Positions 1 through 14,511 are shown, counted from the stretch's first letter. The stretch is DNA of 64,000 nucleotides from Zancudomyces culisetae HAW-14-8 (GCA_052426225.1 JBNJNM010000021.1:1922001-1986000); one strand, 5' to 3'. The notes: a model not told the origin generated them from the letters alone. Numbers and translations: made by a program.

Positions 1-1951
1 ATTGTTCTTTATCTTAGTTATTCCTTGTCTCATTTTGTATTTGCGTTCTTATCGTCATTTCTCATTTTAGTTTTTATTTTTACAATAATTTATGTTGTAC
101 TAATTTATATAATTTTTTTTTAATTGTTTTTACATTTTATGATTTTTTCTAGATAATTGTTTTACTTTTAGTCCTGCAAAAACAATAAATTCGAGTAAAG
201 ACACTAGTATCAATAATCTACAGAAAGAATACACTACTGAGCAGCTATTTTATCCCAATACCTGGGTACAATTTACTGTTTTCGATTCAGGCATTTAAAC
301 ATATGTATACACGTGTGCCAACATTTATACAGGGATACGGGTAGAAAATAAATAGAATATTGAAATATCTACTAAAAGTCCAATCGTTCATCAAATAGTA
401 GAGTATAATTCAGTTTGGTGGTGCACCCAGCCTTGATTATTAAAATTGATGAGTGGTTAGAACAAATATAAGGAGCAAAACAACGACTGGCTGTGTAATA
501 GATGCAATGATTTAGTAGATAAAAAAGCCCAAAAACCAATCTGGTACTCCAATGATTCATGTAAAGATGTAGTTCTGGAAATTTTACATTTTTTATAAGA
601 CCGATATGCTCAAAACTTGAAAATAATGCTGTTCCATTTTTAGAATACTGTTTATATACACAGTAAATTGAAGAGGTTAATTGATTAAAGTAATACCAGT
701 AGACAGAGTAAAACTATTAAATTTCACATCACTTCAGTTTGAAATAGTTGCAGTTTTATCGTTCTTACACCTTTCACAAGTTAACCCATTTTTACATTGA
801 GCTCAGTTTCTGTTCTTGTTGGTGTTTATGTTTAAATGCAATATAGTTGTTAGGTTTTCATATTTTTGGAATACTCAACCATTTTTATTTCAATAATTGT
901 GTGCATTACATTAAATAAATACACATACAGAACTATAAATATTTTACAATAAAAAAATTGAGTTTTACTGCGGATCAACCTTTATTTATTGCTATAGTCA
1001 TTTATATTGATATTTATTATTTTATTGAGACAAAACATATCAAGAGGAACTTTCATTTGATTCTTCGTACATATGTTTAAAAGCGGAAATAAAAATTACA
1101 AAATATTTCTATATGTCGAATGTTTAAATAAAATGATAATTTAAACGAGTATGTAAACACTTTTATACTTTTCTAGAAAAGTGTGTGACCCACCACTTTC
1201 AATACTCAAACCTGTTTATAATAGTACTATAGTCGTTTCATCGTTATACGGAACAATTGCTTCTGAACTAACATTTCTTCCAGGGCAGAGGAAAGAGTAA
1301 ACAGTAGGTATTGCTGTTGAGGTTGGGGTTTTTAACGTTTCAGGAAAAATACAACCGGCTAACTACCAAACTTGACTTATTTCATTGCTTATTTTAGATA
1401 CATAACCGCAAGTTTTTAAAAAGGAAACTTAGTTTCCACGGCTGAATTGAATTGGTAATTATTATTGGTTTATGCGTTATTATATAGTCTGTTACCAGTG
1501 TAAACAAAAAAATAATTCTATTTTGGATGAAATTTTCTAAAGGAATTTTGGAATATTTGTAAGTATTTATATGGGTAGTTAATTGTGAGGAGTTTAAAAA
1601 AATAACAAATTTCAGTATTCACTTGTTGCCACTGAACTCAGACAGCTGAGATGATAGCTACTATTCCAAATTTGTAGAAATTCTTTATTTATTAAATATG
1701 AATAAACTAACCATACTGTACTAAAGTGGTTGACAAACGTGCTTATACTGGCCTCACAAGTTCAAAAAACATGTTACAATGAAAAAGTTTGATAATAAGT
1801 GTTAAATAGAAGCAAACTGAAGTCAGAGAATACGTATAAATAGTCTTGGAATTTTGCGCTGTTTTTGATCTTTACACAATCGAGTTTCTAAATATTTACT
1901 CAAAAATCCAACAAAAACAACAAACCAAACAAAAAGCAAAGCTAACTGAGA

Positions 1952-2596
1952 ATGAAGGTAGTGACATCGGCCCTTATTACACTTATGTATATTATGAGCA
2001 GTGTATTCTGTCGTATTAGAAGAACCATCAGAGTTGAAAAAAAGGAGGGAGGTTGCCATCAATACAGAGACGTCGAGGGTGCTGCAAAGGCGATTGACGA
2101 GCTTGGGTTGTTCAGGGATAATCCAAGTATTACCCACTATATACAAGGAGTTTACTCCGATGAAGATTTGCCAATAAGGCACTATGAAAACATAATTGCA
2201 AGGGAGGTTTGCACGTTCACAAACCCTGTCACCAATTCAGAAGAGGTTACGGATAGAGTCAAACCAATTGTTAGAACTAGATTCAATTCTAATTTTATAT
2301 TCAAAAAAGAGGGCTGCAAATATCCACATACTGAAGTTGCCAGTGGGTGTGGTATACGTGCAGTAGGGGCCCGCAATGATTTTGTTGAGTACAGGGTTTG
2401 CGAGGCGACAGATTTCTGTGTGATTTCAGCCTCTGCATTTGATTTAAAGGATGGCGAGTTTAGGAAATCGTATTATGATAAAGATTGCTATTACTATCTT
2501 TATGTCGCTTGCAAAAAGGTTGAAGGTGACACTATTAACTCCTCAGAACGTACGTTGCCAGATTTAACACCCGACCCTCTCTTGATAAAACAGTAA
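1952..2596 (+). CDS. Secreted Cys-containing protein of unknown function (214 aa)
   Basis: ATG after an A-rich leader with upstream TATAAATA (~1836); hydrophobic N-terminal signal-like segment; several Cys; no family recognised. Confidence 0.75.
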   Translation: MKVVTSALITLMYIMSSVFCRIRRTIRVEKKEGGCHQYRDVEGAAKAIDELGLFRDNPSITHYIQGVYSDEDLPIRHYENIIAREVCTFTNPVTNSEEVTDRVKPIVRTRFNSNFIFKKEGCKYPHTEVASGCGIRAVGARNDFVEYRVCEATDFCVISASAFDLKDGEFRKSYYDKDCYYYLYVACKKVEGDTINSSERTLPDLTPDPLLIKQ

Positions 2597-3668
2597 TCTA
2601 TATAAATCTTGATCTAACTACTTTGAGCCGCAATAATTTCTACAATGTAGCGATTGAATTTTTTCCGGCGACGGTTTTGTCAATCCAACTACAATTGTCG
2701 TTATTTTTCTATGTTTATAATTATAAACTTTATTTACTTCACCGTTTTTCAAGGTTTTTACTAAAATAAATCATATATACACAATTTGTGTATAAAAGCC
2801 ACTCCAATTTCAAATTAGAAACAGTGACTTTTTTTCTAAATAATTCAAAACTACATTAAACACAAATAGTTATTAACTAAACAGATCTATATTTTATGTT
2901 AAATTTTTAAATATTACAACGAATAACTAAAGCACTAAGCATAAAGAGTTGAGGAATAAACAGTATTTTGGTCACACTATCTTGTGAAGAGCAACATCCC
3001 AGAAAGGCGAGGAGAGATGGGCGTGTTAATTGGTGATGTAATTTTATAGATTCATGATTAATTGTACATATGTTTATTATTTGCACTTGATTAATCTAAG
3101 TTATTGAAATTCTAATATGTTCTGAATTAAAGCATCATTATCTATATTTAATAAAGGTTTTAGATTAGTTTTTGACAGTCAGGTTGAATACATAAAAAAT
3201 AAAGAATAAATAATAATAATATGAGAAATTTGCTTCTGTCTTCGTTTACAATTCCATAATCGGTAGTATTTAATATGGTTTGTTTTTTTAATGCTTGTTT
3301 GTTACACTGGTATTTTCTTTTATCAATCATTACCATTATTGTCCTTATGTAAATTATAAAATCATATATGTCAAAGGCTGTCAAAGGTACAAATAATCTA
3401 TCTTTTACAATTTCTTATTTAATTATAATTCTAAGAATAAACTCTCAATATCATGCTACACCCTGATTACATTTAATTCCAAACTTGAAATAACAACAAA
3501 AATCCCAAGATCTACTAAACACGGACCTAAGGAGTACTTGATTGATTGTTTTAGTACTATTTTCTATGCCTTGATAATAAAAAAAGACTTGCTGTAATGC
3601 TCACCTCCTTCTACATTATTATCAACACACTTATAACAAAACGCAGCTCAAAATAAACAAACACGAAA

Positions 3669-3983
3669 ATGTCTGTGTATGACAAAGTTGAAATCAAAGA
3701 CATGGAATTCGATGAAGATTTGCAAATGTTCTACTATCCCTGTCCTTGTGGTGACAGGTTTCTAATTTCACTAGTAAGTGCGCTCCTCTGTCATTTTGCT
3801 TTTCGGTTTTGAACTTCTGCACCTGTCAAATAATTTATCTCACATTTAGATTCTTTATTTCCTAAAAATCCATTAGCTAATTATATTAATCTATTTTGTT
3901 GTTTGGAGGAGATAAATAGTGGTGAGGATATTACTAGCTGTTCCAGTTGTTCGCTACTATTAAAGTTGTTTATACAATCCTAA
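3669..3983 (+). CDS. DPH3: Diphthamide biosynthesis protein 3 / Kti11 (CSL zinc finger), 2 exons, possibly damaged
   Basis: Exon 1 3669-3773 reads MSVYDKVEIKDMEFDEDLQMFYYPCPCGDRFLISL, followed by a GTAAGT donor at 3774 and branch-like GCTAAT at ~3876. Exon 2 from ~3909 reads EINSGEDITSCSSCSLL. CPCG and CxxCSL are the DPH3 signature. Not in the ORF track. Confidence 0.85.
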
Positions 3984-6423
3984 AGATTATTTCTATTCGG
4001 ATAATAGTGAGAATAACGACCCAGTCAATGGAAAATTGATAGCTTGCATGTAAAATGAAACACTACCCACACACGTACATAAAATATACAACAGATTTAG
4101 TTTATGTTTTTTTGCTATCTGCTCTCGTGTAAATAGAACATCTTCTCGGCCTTTGTTTTGTTTTTTTATTTTTTCTGGCTTTTTCCTGTTTGTATTAGGC
4201 TACATTATAGCTTTTTTTGTGGTTTTTTTTTCATAGTTTTTAATAGACTAAAAAGGTATCTTATAGAAAAGTATGTTCAAACTCTTCAAAATGTATCCAA
4301 TGTCTTCATCTATACATGACTCCATTTTACAGCGTTTAATGTCAGTAACCCATAATTTCATTTGCGACTTTGATAAAAATGGTAGTCAGATACTTGAAAC
4401 AAAAGGTTTGTAATACGGATAAAATGGTTTAAAAGCAGAAAACAACGTCTAATTTTGAGTGTCCTTAGTTCACAACTAATTTGTAGGAATCTGGTTATTA
4501 ATTAAGCCAATTATCTGGCTATAATTGAATTTAGTTCCTGATGTGAGTTTGAACACTTTCTATGTATACTTTTGTTTCTCTTATTTCTACAATCTTTGTA
4601 AAATCTACCAATTAGACAAATTAGTTCTTATATGTTAGCAACCACATTAATTATCCTAGTTTAGATTTGCTTTTGCGATATATAATGACAACAACAATGT
4701 TGTAAATAATTCAGGACCTTTTTTTAAAATATAACCCAAGGAATCATTGCTGCATCCCCAACAAATTAATCGGGTCCAGAATAAAGTGAATACATAGCGA
4801 CTTGGTTATTGTGCTTCTGAAATCTAAAAAAATGAATTCACATCCGAACCGGGATTTTCACAAGTTTCATAAATTCAATACTCACAGATGACTTGGAATA
4901 CCCCCAAAATGTTATTGCAATTGACGTGATTTTGTGAATGAAATAACTCAAAATTTCAGTATCTGGTTTTTGAAACATTAAAGGTTCAGAATGATTCAAT
5001 GGGAATATAGCAAGTGCATTAGGATAAAATAAATTTAAACAACTTTTTATTCTGAGAAGGAAAAAAGGTAAAGTTATGCCCAAAACGGCAAACATGAAAG
5101 TAGCGAGCTTTTTTTGGTGTTATTTGCTGTTAATAGTTGTCATTTTACATTTCCACTTAATTGATCTACTTATAAAAACGGATTAATTTGAGAAATCTGA
5201 TCTTAAAAAGCTTTTTTTTATACCTGGTTTCCAATAGTATACAAACTACTACGCTGCTATGCTTCATTGTGACCTTATATATCACACATAAATTAATAGT
5301 AGCACAGCATAAACAATGCAATAAAAGTAAATAGACCACAGCATCAGGCTTTCCAACCTTACCCTGAGTTCTAACCTAAATCTCTTCAACCCTAACGAAT
5401 ACCAACCCAATTGCGACTTTTTTAAATATAGAATTGGTTTTCCTTTCACAGAACATCTCTTCCGCATTTAGGCTGCCTTTTTAAAAACATTTCTCGCACC
5501 GAGATTGAAAGTCGTTTGAGAATAATTATTTTATAATATACGGATTCTAGAAATACTCATATCTTAGTGGATTAGGGCTAATTAGCCCCAAAAAGCTAAG
5601 TTGCAAATGTTAGGCAGAAGAAAAACAACCACTAAAATGAGGCAAATTTGATAGTGTCATCAACAAGGGGTGATCCTTTACGTTGAAAAAGAGTTATTAC
5701 ATATTTTATTCAAAATTCGGATCGAGTCAGCCAATAATTTAAGCAATCGCTTAATGCCAGTGATTTTGTTTTTGTCTTTCCGCCATAATTCTATTTGTGT
5801 ATTGCTAATTTAAATGCGTTGTTTTCGATCTCTTGATTGGCACAATACTGAAATCAACAATTTGTTAGAGGATAGCCACTAGAAGATGCTATTTCAAAAT
5901 TTTTATATATTTAAAATCAAGACAACGATGTAAAGCAAAAAAATACTGTTCCCAAAAAGTAAATATTATGCTCATAAAATAACCTTTTTCAAAAATGGGC
6001 CCCTACTTTTACAATATCCATTATTCAAACATTCAGCACTTTACGGTTGAACATTGCACTTAAAGAAAACATAATTTAACTGTGTTATCATACTGTGGGT
6101 TATCGAAAGTTCAGACTTTATGGATAGTAAGAATATCTTTTTTATTAGCTAGACCCATAAAAAAATATATAAATACATTTTGTTCCAAATTGGATTATTT
6201 GCTGACATTTATACTTATTAAATAATGTGAAGTGGCGTTGATAACGAGTATATTGTTCTTGTGCAATAATTATAAGCATTTTATGTCTTTTATAGTCTGA
6301 TAGTTTTAACAAACTCTTTGTAAGCATAAAACCGAAACTAGAATCTAAAACTTAAATATAGGATATAGACAAATATTTACCCAACCTTAAACACTATATC
6401 GAACAAGCACTTTGATAAAAACA

Positions 6424-8442
6424 ATGACTGAGGACAAGTTAGTAAACAGAATTTCCTTTACAAACAAAGGAATAGTTATTGTGGTGATACTAGCCCAGAT
6501 AATCTACTTTATGGTAGGTATTATCAGTGCCATTTCAAACGATGATTTTGTTCAGAAACTTTTCCGAACAACTATTGCACCAATAAATGTCAACCTCCTT
6601 TTTGTTTTTCTACTTTCTTCAGTTTCTGTGGTAAACTTTCTTAGAAAATTCATCTTAGATAAGATGAGCAGGTTACTGAAGCCAAGCACACGAAAGAAGT
6701 GGCTTTTTTTTAGCGGTTGGAGAACAGTTAGATTGGAAAATACTTTGAGTCTTCATATATTGTTTACCCTGGGCTTTGTATTTTGGAGCGCTTTACACAC
6801 CGGGCTAGGATTATATATGTATTATAAACCAGCGAGTACATCTTTTAGCACATGGTTCAGTAAACGGGGTGTTGATACATATTACGCAACAATAAATGAG
6901 TTGATTGGCACTGGGAGTACGCTAAAAGCGAATTATCTGCAAGGAGTTGGTGGACCACTCGAAATCAGGAGCTCTCATCAGCTTTACCCGAAGGGAAGCA
7001 ATGATATGTCGAATCTAACCAGGGCGTAAGTCTGTAGTATTGCTAATAAATGAATGCACTTTGTGCATTTTTTATTCTTTTTCTTAAATCTGTAGCGGAA
7101 ATACGCTTGTACAATGTTTAGAGTTAACACATCTTTTTAAAATAACCCAACTAGGTCAAACATACGCGTGACAAGCAAATACTTTGTGAGTGGATTGATA
7201 GATATGATTGTAATCCTTATTCTTATATTATTCACATTGCGTAAGTTAACCGACCTTCCCTTATCAGATACAAATTAATGAATAATCAAAAAATTCATTT
7301 CTTTTGAAATTAGTCCATAACACTGTAATTTTTTATTTTGTTAAATAGCTCAAATTAGACGCAGATGCTACGAGCTCTTCTACTATATACATCATTTGTT
7401 CTACGTGGTGGTAGTGGTAACCATAATCCACGCTGGTGGAGGAGCGTTTGTTTGGATACCTGCATTTGCCATATATGTGATCGATAAAATTTACAGGATG
7501 ACAAAAGTTCAACGATCCAACCAGGAGCCAATTTCTGCTAAAGACTGGACAGCATCAACATACGAAATTAAGGTTAAACCAACCGAGAGCATCAAAAGAA
7601 TGCTGACCTATGGGCAATATGTTCACATCAACTGTCCAGAGATTTCAAAATACGAATGGCACCCATTTGATATTGCTAATATTAAAGGAGACGAATATTT
7701 GAACATTTACATTAAAAAAGATGGAAAATGGACACAACAGCTTTATAATTTATTGTTTGACAGTGGAGCTAGTACCAATTCATCATTAGGCGAACAAGGT
7801 CGTGTGGAAGTAACAGACAAGGAATTGGAGTCATTCAGTGATGAAGTTGATTTGAGTCTTAGTAACCCAGATGAAATAAAACCAAAACGTATAATATTAA
7901 CTGACAAGATAAGTATAGGAATAACAGGCTGTTATGAATCTATATACAAATATGTATTCGAAAATCAGGTAGTTGTTTTAGCAGCTACTGGTACTGGAGT
8001 TGCAACAAATGCCTCCATTATTCGTTACTTTTTGGCAAATCCTGAGGAGGTCAATACAAAGAAAATATATCTAGTATGGTCATACAGGGAGCCAGAAACA
8101 ATAGGAATGTTGTATGATTTAATAAAATCCATCTCGGATAAACAACTGTGGAACTCTTCTATATTTTTCTATATTTACTGCACTAAAAAAGCAGGTGAAT
8201 CCTTCGAGAAAGTTGCTATAAATGAATTTTTAACAAATCAGATAAAATATACTATTGGAGAGCGACCAAACTACAAAAGCATACTTCGATCAATTGCAGA
8301 TGACAATCCTGACAGCACGGTTGGTGTTACGTTTGTTGGAAATAGAGCAACTAAACGATCTGTATTCCGTAATTGCAATGCGGTGAACAGAAGAAGATCT
8401 GTTACAGCAAAGATAAACCTTTACCACCAGTATTACAATTAA
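6424..8442 (+). CDS. NADPH oxidase / ferric reductase family flavocytochrome, 3 exons (6424-7025, 7155-7240, 7349-8442; ~593 aa), divergent
   Basis: GTAAGT...AG introns at 7026-7154 and 7241-7348 join the frames. Heme His pairs H-x13-H (LHILF...ALH) and IRRRCYELFYYIHHLF...IIH; FAD motif EWHPF; NADPH-loop-like VVVLAATGTG; KKIYLVW; GERPNY. Confidence 0.88.
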
Positions 8443-9973
8443 TATTCTCTCTGTTTGTTCTTTCTAATAGTCATACTAGTGTATACTGTTTATGTATTGA
8501 TTGACATCAAACTTATTTTTTTAATATATCTGAATAATAATTGACCGTGATATTGACCTGGACCGTTAAAGTCTAAGTACGAAGGGCAATTTTTTTTTAC
8601 AACAAAACCAACGATGAAGAAGGGGAGTGGAAACGAGAATGGAGGTATACCCAACACCGGAGGTGTCATAAAAAATACAGCATGTGAGCTACTGTGAGTC
8701 AGCAACAGCGAATTGAATCTATTATAATTTCATGTATCCCAACAATCCGATAGCGCCTGTTAATTTAAAATACCCAAGACACCATAGAAGTTTTAGCCAA
8801 ATGTGATACTAGAAGGTACCAAGCAAGATCGATCTTTTACTACCACATATAAGAAGTAAGATCAATTCGAGATTAGCTAAAAGAAAATCAGATAATATCA
8901 TAGTGATATGCTGAGTACAACTTGACGTTTAATGTAACCAGCACAAACTGACAATCAATTACTATCTAGACTCGCATCTGACAGCTGGAATATCACAATT
9001 TAAATGGTGAAACCTACTACACTTTTGCGACTAAAGCGAAGGAGGGTGGGGGTAATCGTAACATTGAAAACAGTAATGGTATGACTTTATTGATGAAAAT
9101 TATTTCATAAAAACTAATTAATAATGTAAGCAAAGCTATTAAAAACGCCTAATACGAAACTAGTAGAATTAAGCGTTTTATGGATTCTACTTTTGATTTT
9201 TTGGCATCATTCTTGTAAAAATAAACGCGTTGTAGATATTGATACCTTAAATGTTAAGTTTCATTTGATCCAACAAGGCTAAAGATTCTTGTTCCAAAAG
9301 CTTTGATTTATTAGAACGTGATTATTAACTACTGTTTTTAATACCAAATATAGAGCAAATAATCAAAAATAAAAACCAACGTAATATCTACAGTGATAAA
9401 ATCATAAGTACTACAGGCTCATCCGTACTCAGAATATCTTGGTATCTCTTTTGCCCACCCGTAGTGATTATTTATGAACGAGGGGATAATAAAGAATATT
9501 AAATTATGCTTCATATTATACATATAAAATTATAACAATTGATATAGTTTAATATTAGCCCTTATTTCAGTTATAGATCAGAACGAGATGTTATTTTCTG
9601 AATTCAGGTTTTAAATTTATTGTCAATAAGGGACAGAATTTGACAATTGAAAACCATTTATATGAGCACGTGTACTAGTGTTAACTAAAACGAGTCTTTG
9701 CTAGAACTTTAGATGCCCTTTTATAATATCTAAATTGAAAGCAAATTACTATAATACCCTTTCTATGGACAAATTAATTCTCATAGCTCGTAGAGAGTAG
9801 TTTCTTAATTATTTCAAACTCTCAACTCAGAAGCGTAAATAATCTTGGGATTTTTACTCCTTATCTTTAGCTTTTATTTTGAATAAAGGATAACGACTAA
9901 CAAAGCTTCAAGTATTAATCAATAGATAAATACCAAAATCCGTAAAATAGGAAAACTTTGAAAGATTTTAGAC

Positions 9974-10387
9974 TTATGCAAGAGCTGGATTAAACCACAA
10001 AACTGAATTTGCAAGCCCTCCTATGTCTCTCTGCAAGTTATCAGGCCTATAAAATCTATTTATCATCCCAACTCTACATTTTCCCAAACAGTTTTTTTGG
10101 GTGCAAAACATAATTGAACCTACACCAGCTCTACCTCCGCCAATTATTGCTGATCTAATACTTGCTAAGTTATAGCATCCATTTGGTTCTATTACGAGTC
10201 TACCTGGTTTACCTTTATAGAAGTTATATTTAAACGTTCTAATATCCAAATTGACTGCTCTCAGGTTATTATTAGCCTCGATACCAGCGTAGCTATTAGG
10301 TTCAGTTTTTTGAGTATTTTCGATGTCAGCACCAGCTGCAAAAGTTGAAGTAATAAATAGTGCGGTTGTCAAGGACTTGAATATCAT
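9974..10387 (-). CDS. Small secreted Cys-containing protein (~137 aa)
   Basis: Probable start MIFKSLTTALFITSTFAAG (signal-like); four Cys in the C-terminal domain; intronless ORF. Confidence 0.7.
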   Translation of the reverse strand: MIFKSLTTALFITSTFAAGADIENTQKTEPNSYAGIEANNNLRAVNLDIRTFKYNFYKGKPGRLVIEPNGCYNLASIRSAIIGGGRAGVGSIMFCTQKNCLGKCRVGMINRFYRPDNLQRDIGGLANSVLWFNPALA

Positions 10388-11699
10388 TTTATTTTTTTGC
10401 TTTTGAGTCTTCAAATCCTTGTTTCTTATTCTCTAGATAAAAAGATTGATTTATGAGAGTGTCTATATTTCATTTCAAACAATAACCCTGGTCGTTTTAT
10501 ACTATTTTTGCTGACAAGTTTTTTTTGTTTTACATAGGTTTTAATTTGTTAAAATCATTATAGAGCTTTAATATTCTAGGCACTGTTAATTAATATATGT
10601 TTTATGAATACCTAGCTGGAAACCAAATTTTCATTATTATTTAGAGTCTAAAATTGGCACTAGAATTCACATATCTTTTATTTCATATTGTCCAAGTTAT
10701 AAATATTAATTAAATAACACGAAATCCGTAAATATCTAAGTACAAAATATTAAAAAAGAATTGCACCTTTAAAACAATAACATGAAATTTTTTTATTTAT
10801 AAATGTAATTTGCTATCCCACAAGTATTCCAGACTGTAGTGTTCTAGGACAATGCCATTTACAATCTAGAAACATTAATTTTCCATTAAAAGTATAGTTG
10901 GCAAATAAGAGTAAATAATTCATACCTCCGAAATAAGGTATACAAGGTACTTTTATATCCATACATTTCTAACTCTTAATAAAAGCAAAATTAGTTCAGG
11001 TTATAGTGATAGAATCCAGAAAAGTTTTATAACAAATTATAGTTAATTCAAACTGAAAGCTAAATATTCTAGATTACAAATTTTTTAGTATTTTAAGAAA
11101 ATCAGCTTTTGAATTAATCCGAGAGCCTATATTGATATATAATTGAAAATAAATTAGTACAAATAAGTTTGGATAGTCATAAGCCAATAACTTAATTTCT
11201 TTATGCTTTGTTGATTACACCCAGTATCTGATTCTGAGTACTTTGATATTTTATGGAAACTCTTACTTTAAACTAGTTATAAAATAAGAAAATGAACAGA
11301 TTTTAATTTGAAACATATATACATTTCTAGATTATAGAATTGTGGTCTATGACTATATAAAGGAAAATATGAAACAGTTGAGAAGAGATTACAGGCAAAA
11401 AGCAACAAGAATCATGATAAGACCATCTAATCCAACTAAGAACCGCTTAGATACATTCTTTATATACTCTATACTTAGAAATAATAAAAAATATTTAAAA
11501 AATAAAAATAAATTTACCAAATCTCATCTCGAGATTTGAAATCTAAAAAGTTTTATTTTCTTTAACCAAGCTCGCTAGTGTCAGCGATAAAGGTTAATAT
11601 ATTAAATAAAGTCTAATAAACACTAACAAACTACATAAATACACAAAAAGCATAAAATATTAAAAAAAAAAAAAGATTTTGAAATTTAGATTAGGTGAA

Positions 11700-13675
11700 A
11701 TGAGTTCCCAAAAGTTAAGTGAAAGCCCACACCTTTACAGTGGTGCGGCCAAAAATGGCCTAAAACCCAATATGGGAGCAAAAAAAAAGGGACTGGGAAC
11801 GCCGAAAGACAAGTACCTTGAAGATGAAAAGGGAGTTGGAAGTTTTTCATTCAAAAAAAATGAAAATTTTCATCTTGTACTCCTTCAAGCACTTACTTGA
11901 CAAAGGTAAGGGGGAAGCTTGTAAAAGGATATGCAAGGGGGGCTCCGACTTAAAAATCGGGATTCACCTTCACTCCCTTGGTGAGGACCAGGAAGCTGGA
12001 ATCCGAACCATCACCAAATCGCCAGGTGACACCTTATTCAATTTGTATATTGATAACGGCGCAGGAATTGCGTACTTCACCTTTCACAGCATTGAAGATG
12101 CAAATCTTTTGCTGAAAAGTGAGATTGAACATGCCGGGAAAAAGCTCAGCTTTTTTCAGACAATAAGCTATGGAGAGAAGCTTACGTTCCTTCACATCCC
12201 TGACTTTAGGGTGGCCCACATTAAAGCGGTCGTTGAGGAAGCCAATAGAGTTCTTGCACCGCTAGGTGAGATTAAAGACATTAATGCTTGGAAATCAACT
12301 GACTGTTTTGGAGTGGCGCCATTCGACATTAGGATCCTGTTTGTAAAGAAAAGTGCAGATATCGAGATCCCAAACTGCTTGGTGATCGAAGAGCGAAAAA
12401 TCCTTATGGTTTTTCTAGGGTGCTCAAAAATCTGTACCTTCTGCTCAAGCTTGGAACACTGGAAGTCAGATTGCTCAGAGTTAAAGCTAAATAAATCTAA
12501 AAAAAATTATAAAAATAGTTACTATAATAACATAAATAAAAAAGGAAAACTAATTACTGGCGATAAATCTAATAACAATCTTTTCAAAGCTCAGAAAAAA
12601 ATAAATAGGGAGCTAGAGCAGTCTCAGAAAGCAAAGGACGCCGAGATTGAAAAAACAATTGAAGCGGAACTTGCTATTGCTCGAGAGCTGGAAGAGCAAG
12701 AGAGAAATAAGCAACTGGAGAAGGGCCCTGAGATCCCAACTGCTTCTGATCAACCTACAGTTGAGCAACCTCATATCGAGGAGGAACAGTCAGAGGGAAA
12801 CGGGATGGTGGTCGATGAAATTGGGACCGCAGATCCTACTGCCACCCAAGATTCCACTCCCCAATTGACTCAGGATCAGGTTGATATACCTGAAAATATT
12901 TCAGGCAATCAAGCTCCAGCCAGTCAGGCTTCAAAGAAACCTGGAAAAGCGACAAAGAGAAATAATACTCAAAAAATTGCATTTCCAGGACACCCAATTA
13001 TTACTAATAGGGTGTTGAAAGTAGGACTGTGCCAGGTACAGTGGGATTACCTAATCTTACAACAGTAGGTAAGAAAAAACAATCTAATTCATCAAATATG
13101 AATTTGGATTGTTAAGGTAGGATTTCATTTAATAATCTATGATTAAATTTTTAACTTTTAATATTAAGGGTATACGGAGACCTCAAAAACGGTCCGAAGC
13201 ATTTAAATTTTTAAAATTTATGTCTAACTCAGACATAATTTGTCTTCAGAAAGTACATTTTGTTTCTGAGGATGAGCAGTTTTGGTCATCTCAATGGGGA
13301 GGTGATTGCATTTGGGCACTACAAACTGATATCTTAATAAATAATAATAAATTTAAAATACTGGAGAGTGATGTTTTCATAGACGGCCGTGTTATATTCG
13401 CCAGATTGAAACAGCTCAAAACCGATGAGGAGTTTTATAACTTTAATTTATACTTCCCATCAGACTCCAAAAACTCAAGACAAAATATTATTAATTGTCT
13501 TGAGATAATAATAAAAAAATATGACATCCTAATCAATATGAATATTATAATGATGGGGGACTTTAATATGGTACAAAGCAATGTTTTGAACCGAAATACT
13601 CCAAATAATAAGCCTACTGAGTGGGACATCTTAATAATATCATATCACATTTTAGTCTTATAGATCTACATAATA
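11700..13675 (+). mobile_element. Truncated non-LTR retrotransposon (LINE, L1/Tx1-like): ORF1 plus start of ORF2
   Basis: ORF1 (11700-13068, frameshifted near the A-run at ~11853) has an RRM-like region and zinc knuckle CTFCSSLEHWKSDC. ORF2 (13139-13663) has APE endonuclease motifs KFLTFNIKG, DIICLQ and GDFN. It is cut by a Tc1 end at TA 13676-13677. Confidence 0.85.
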
Positions 13676-13677
13676 TA

Positions 13678-14027
13678 CAGTGACTCGAAAAATTGTTCAA
13701 ATGTTTTAGATGTTCATTAAAAATTATTATATCTCACAAATATTATATCGTATCACTATAAAAATTACAAATAAAATACATCCATATACCATGTATTACC
13801 TATCAAATTTTTAGATTGCTTGTACCAGCCAATCAACTGTAGTTAAACATTTTGTAAAAATTTTATTTGAACAATTTTTTTGCTGTTAATAAAAAAATAT
13901 ATAAACTTAATTAAACTAGTATTTAGTATATCCACCCCAGGCTTTCAATACAGCATTAATTCTTGTTGGCATGCTACTGATTAGCGACATACACTCGTCA
14001 CGTGTTATTTTATTCCACTCGTCTTGT
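13678..14027 (-). mobile_element. Tc1/mariner family B 3' fragment (TIR plus transposase C-terminus)
   Basis: Starts TA|CAGTGACTCGAAAAATTGTT and aligns with 57647-57998. Confidence 0.8.
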
Positions 14028-14510
14028 TGTTAGATACCAATATTTTACACAATAATGATGGTATTAACAAATTGACACACAGTTAGTTTATAAAAGTTAT
14101 TATTAATTATACTAGTTAAAAACACACAGTAATAATATAATATTAGTTAAAATATCTTTATTATTGTTAAACGAGATTGACAAACTTAATTGTACATGAA
14201 AAGGAATTGTATCACCTTTTATAAAATTAAGTTTGTTATAAATATTAATATAAAACTTAAACTAGTAATAAAACTAAAATTAATAAACTATAAAGTATAC
14301 ATCATTAAATACACAATATTAATGAAGATAGATTTAATATTGATCATGTGTATCAATATTAATGTTTTAAACTAATAATTATATAATAATTAAATAATAT
14401 AAACTTATTATTAAATAATATTAATGATACACATGTATTGTCATTAATATTAATTAATTATTATTGTATTAAATATACAATATTGTTATGATACACGTGT
14501 ATTCATAACA
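14028..14510 (-). repeat. Solo-LTR-like AT-rich repeat
   Basis: TGTTA...TAACA termini; its right part is the reverse complement of ~30012-30220. Confidence 0.6.
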
Positions 14511-14511
14511 C

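Noticed and set aside
5350-5410. CCCTAA-like telomeric motifs
   Set aside because: Too few and irregular to form an array.
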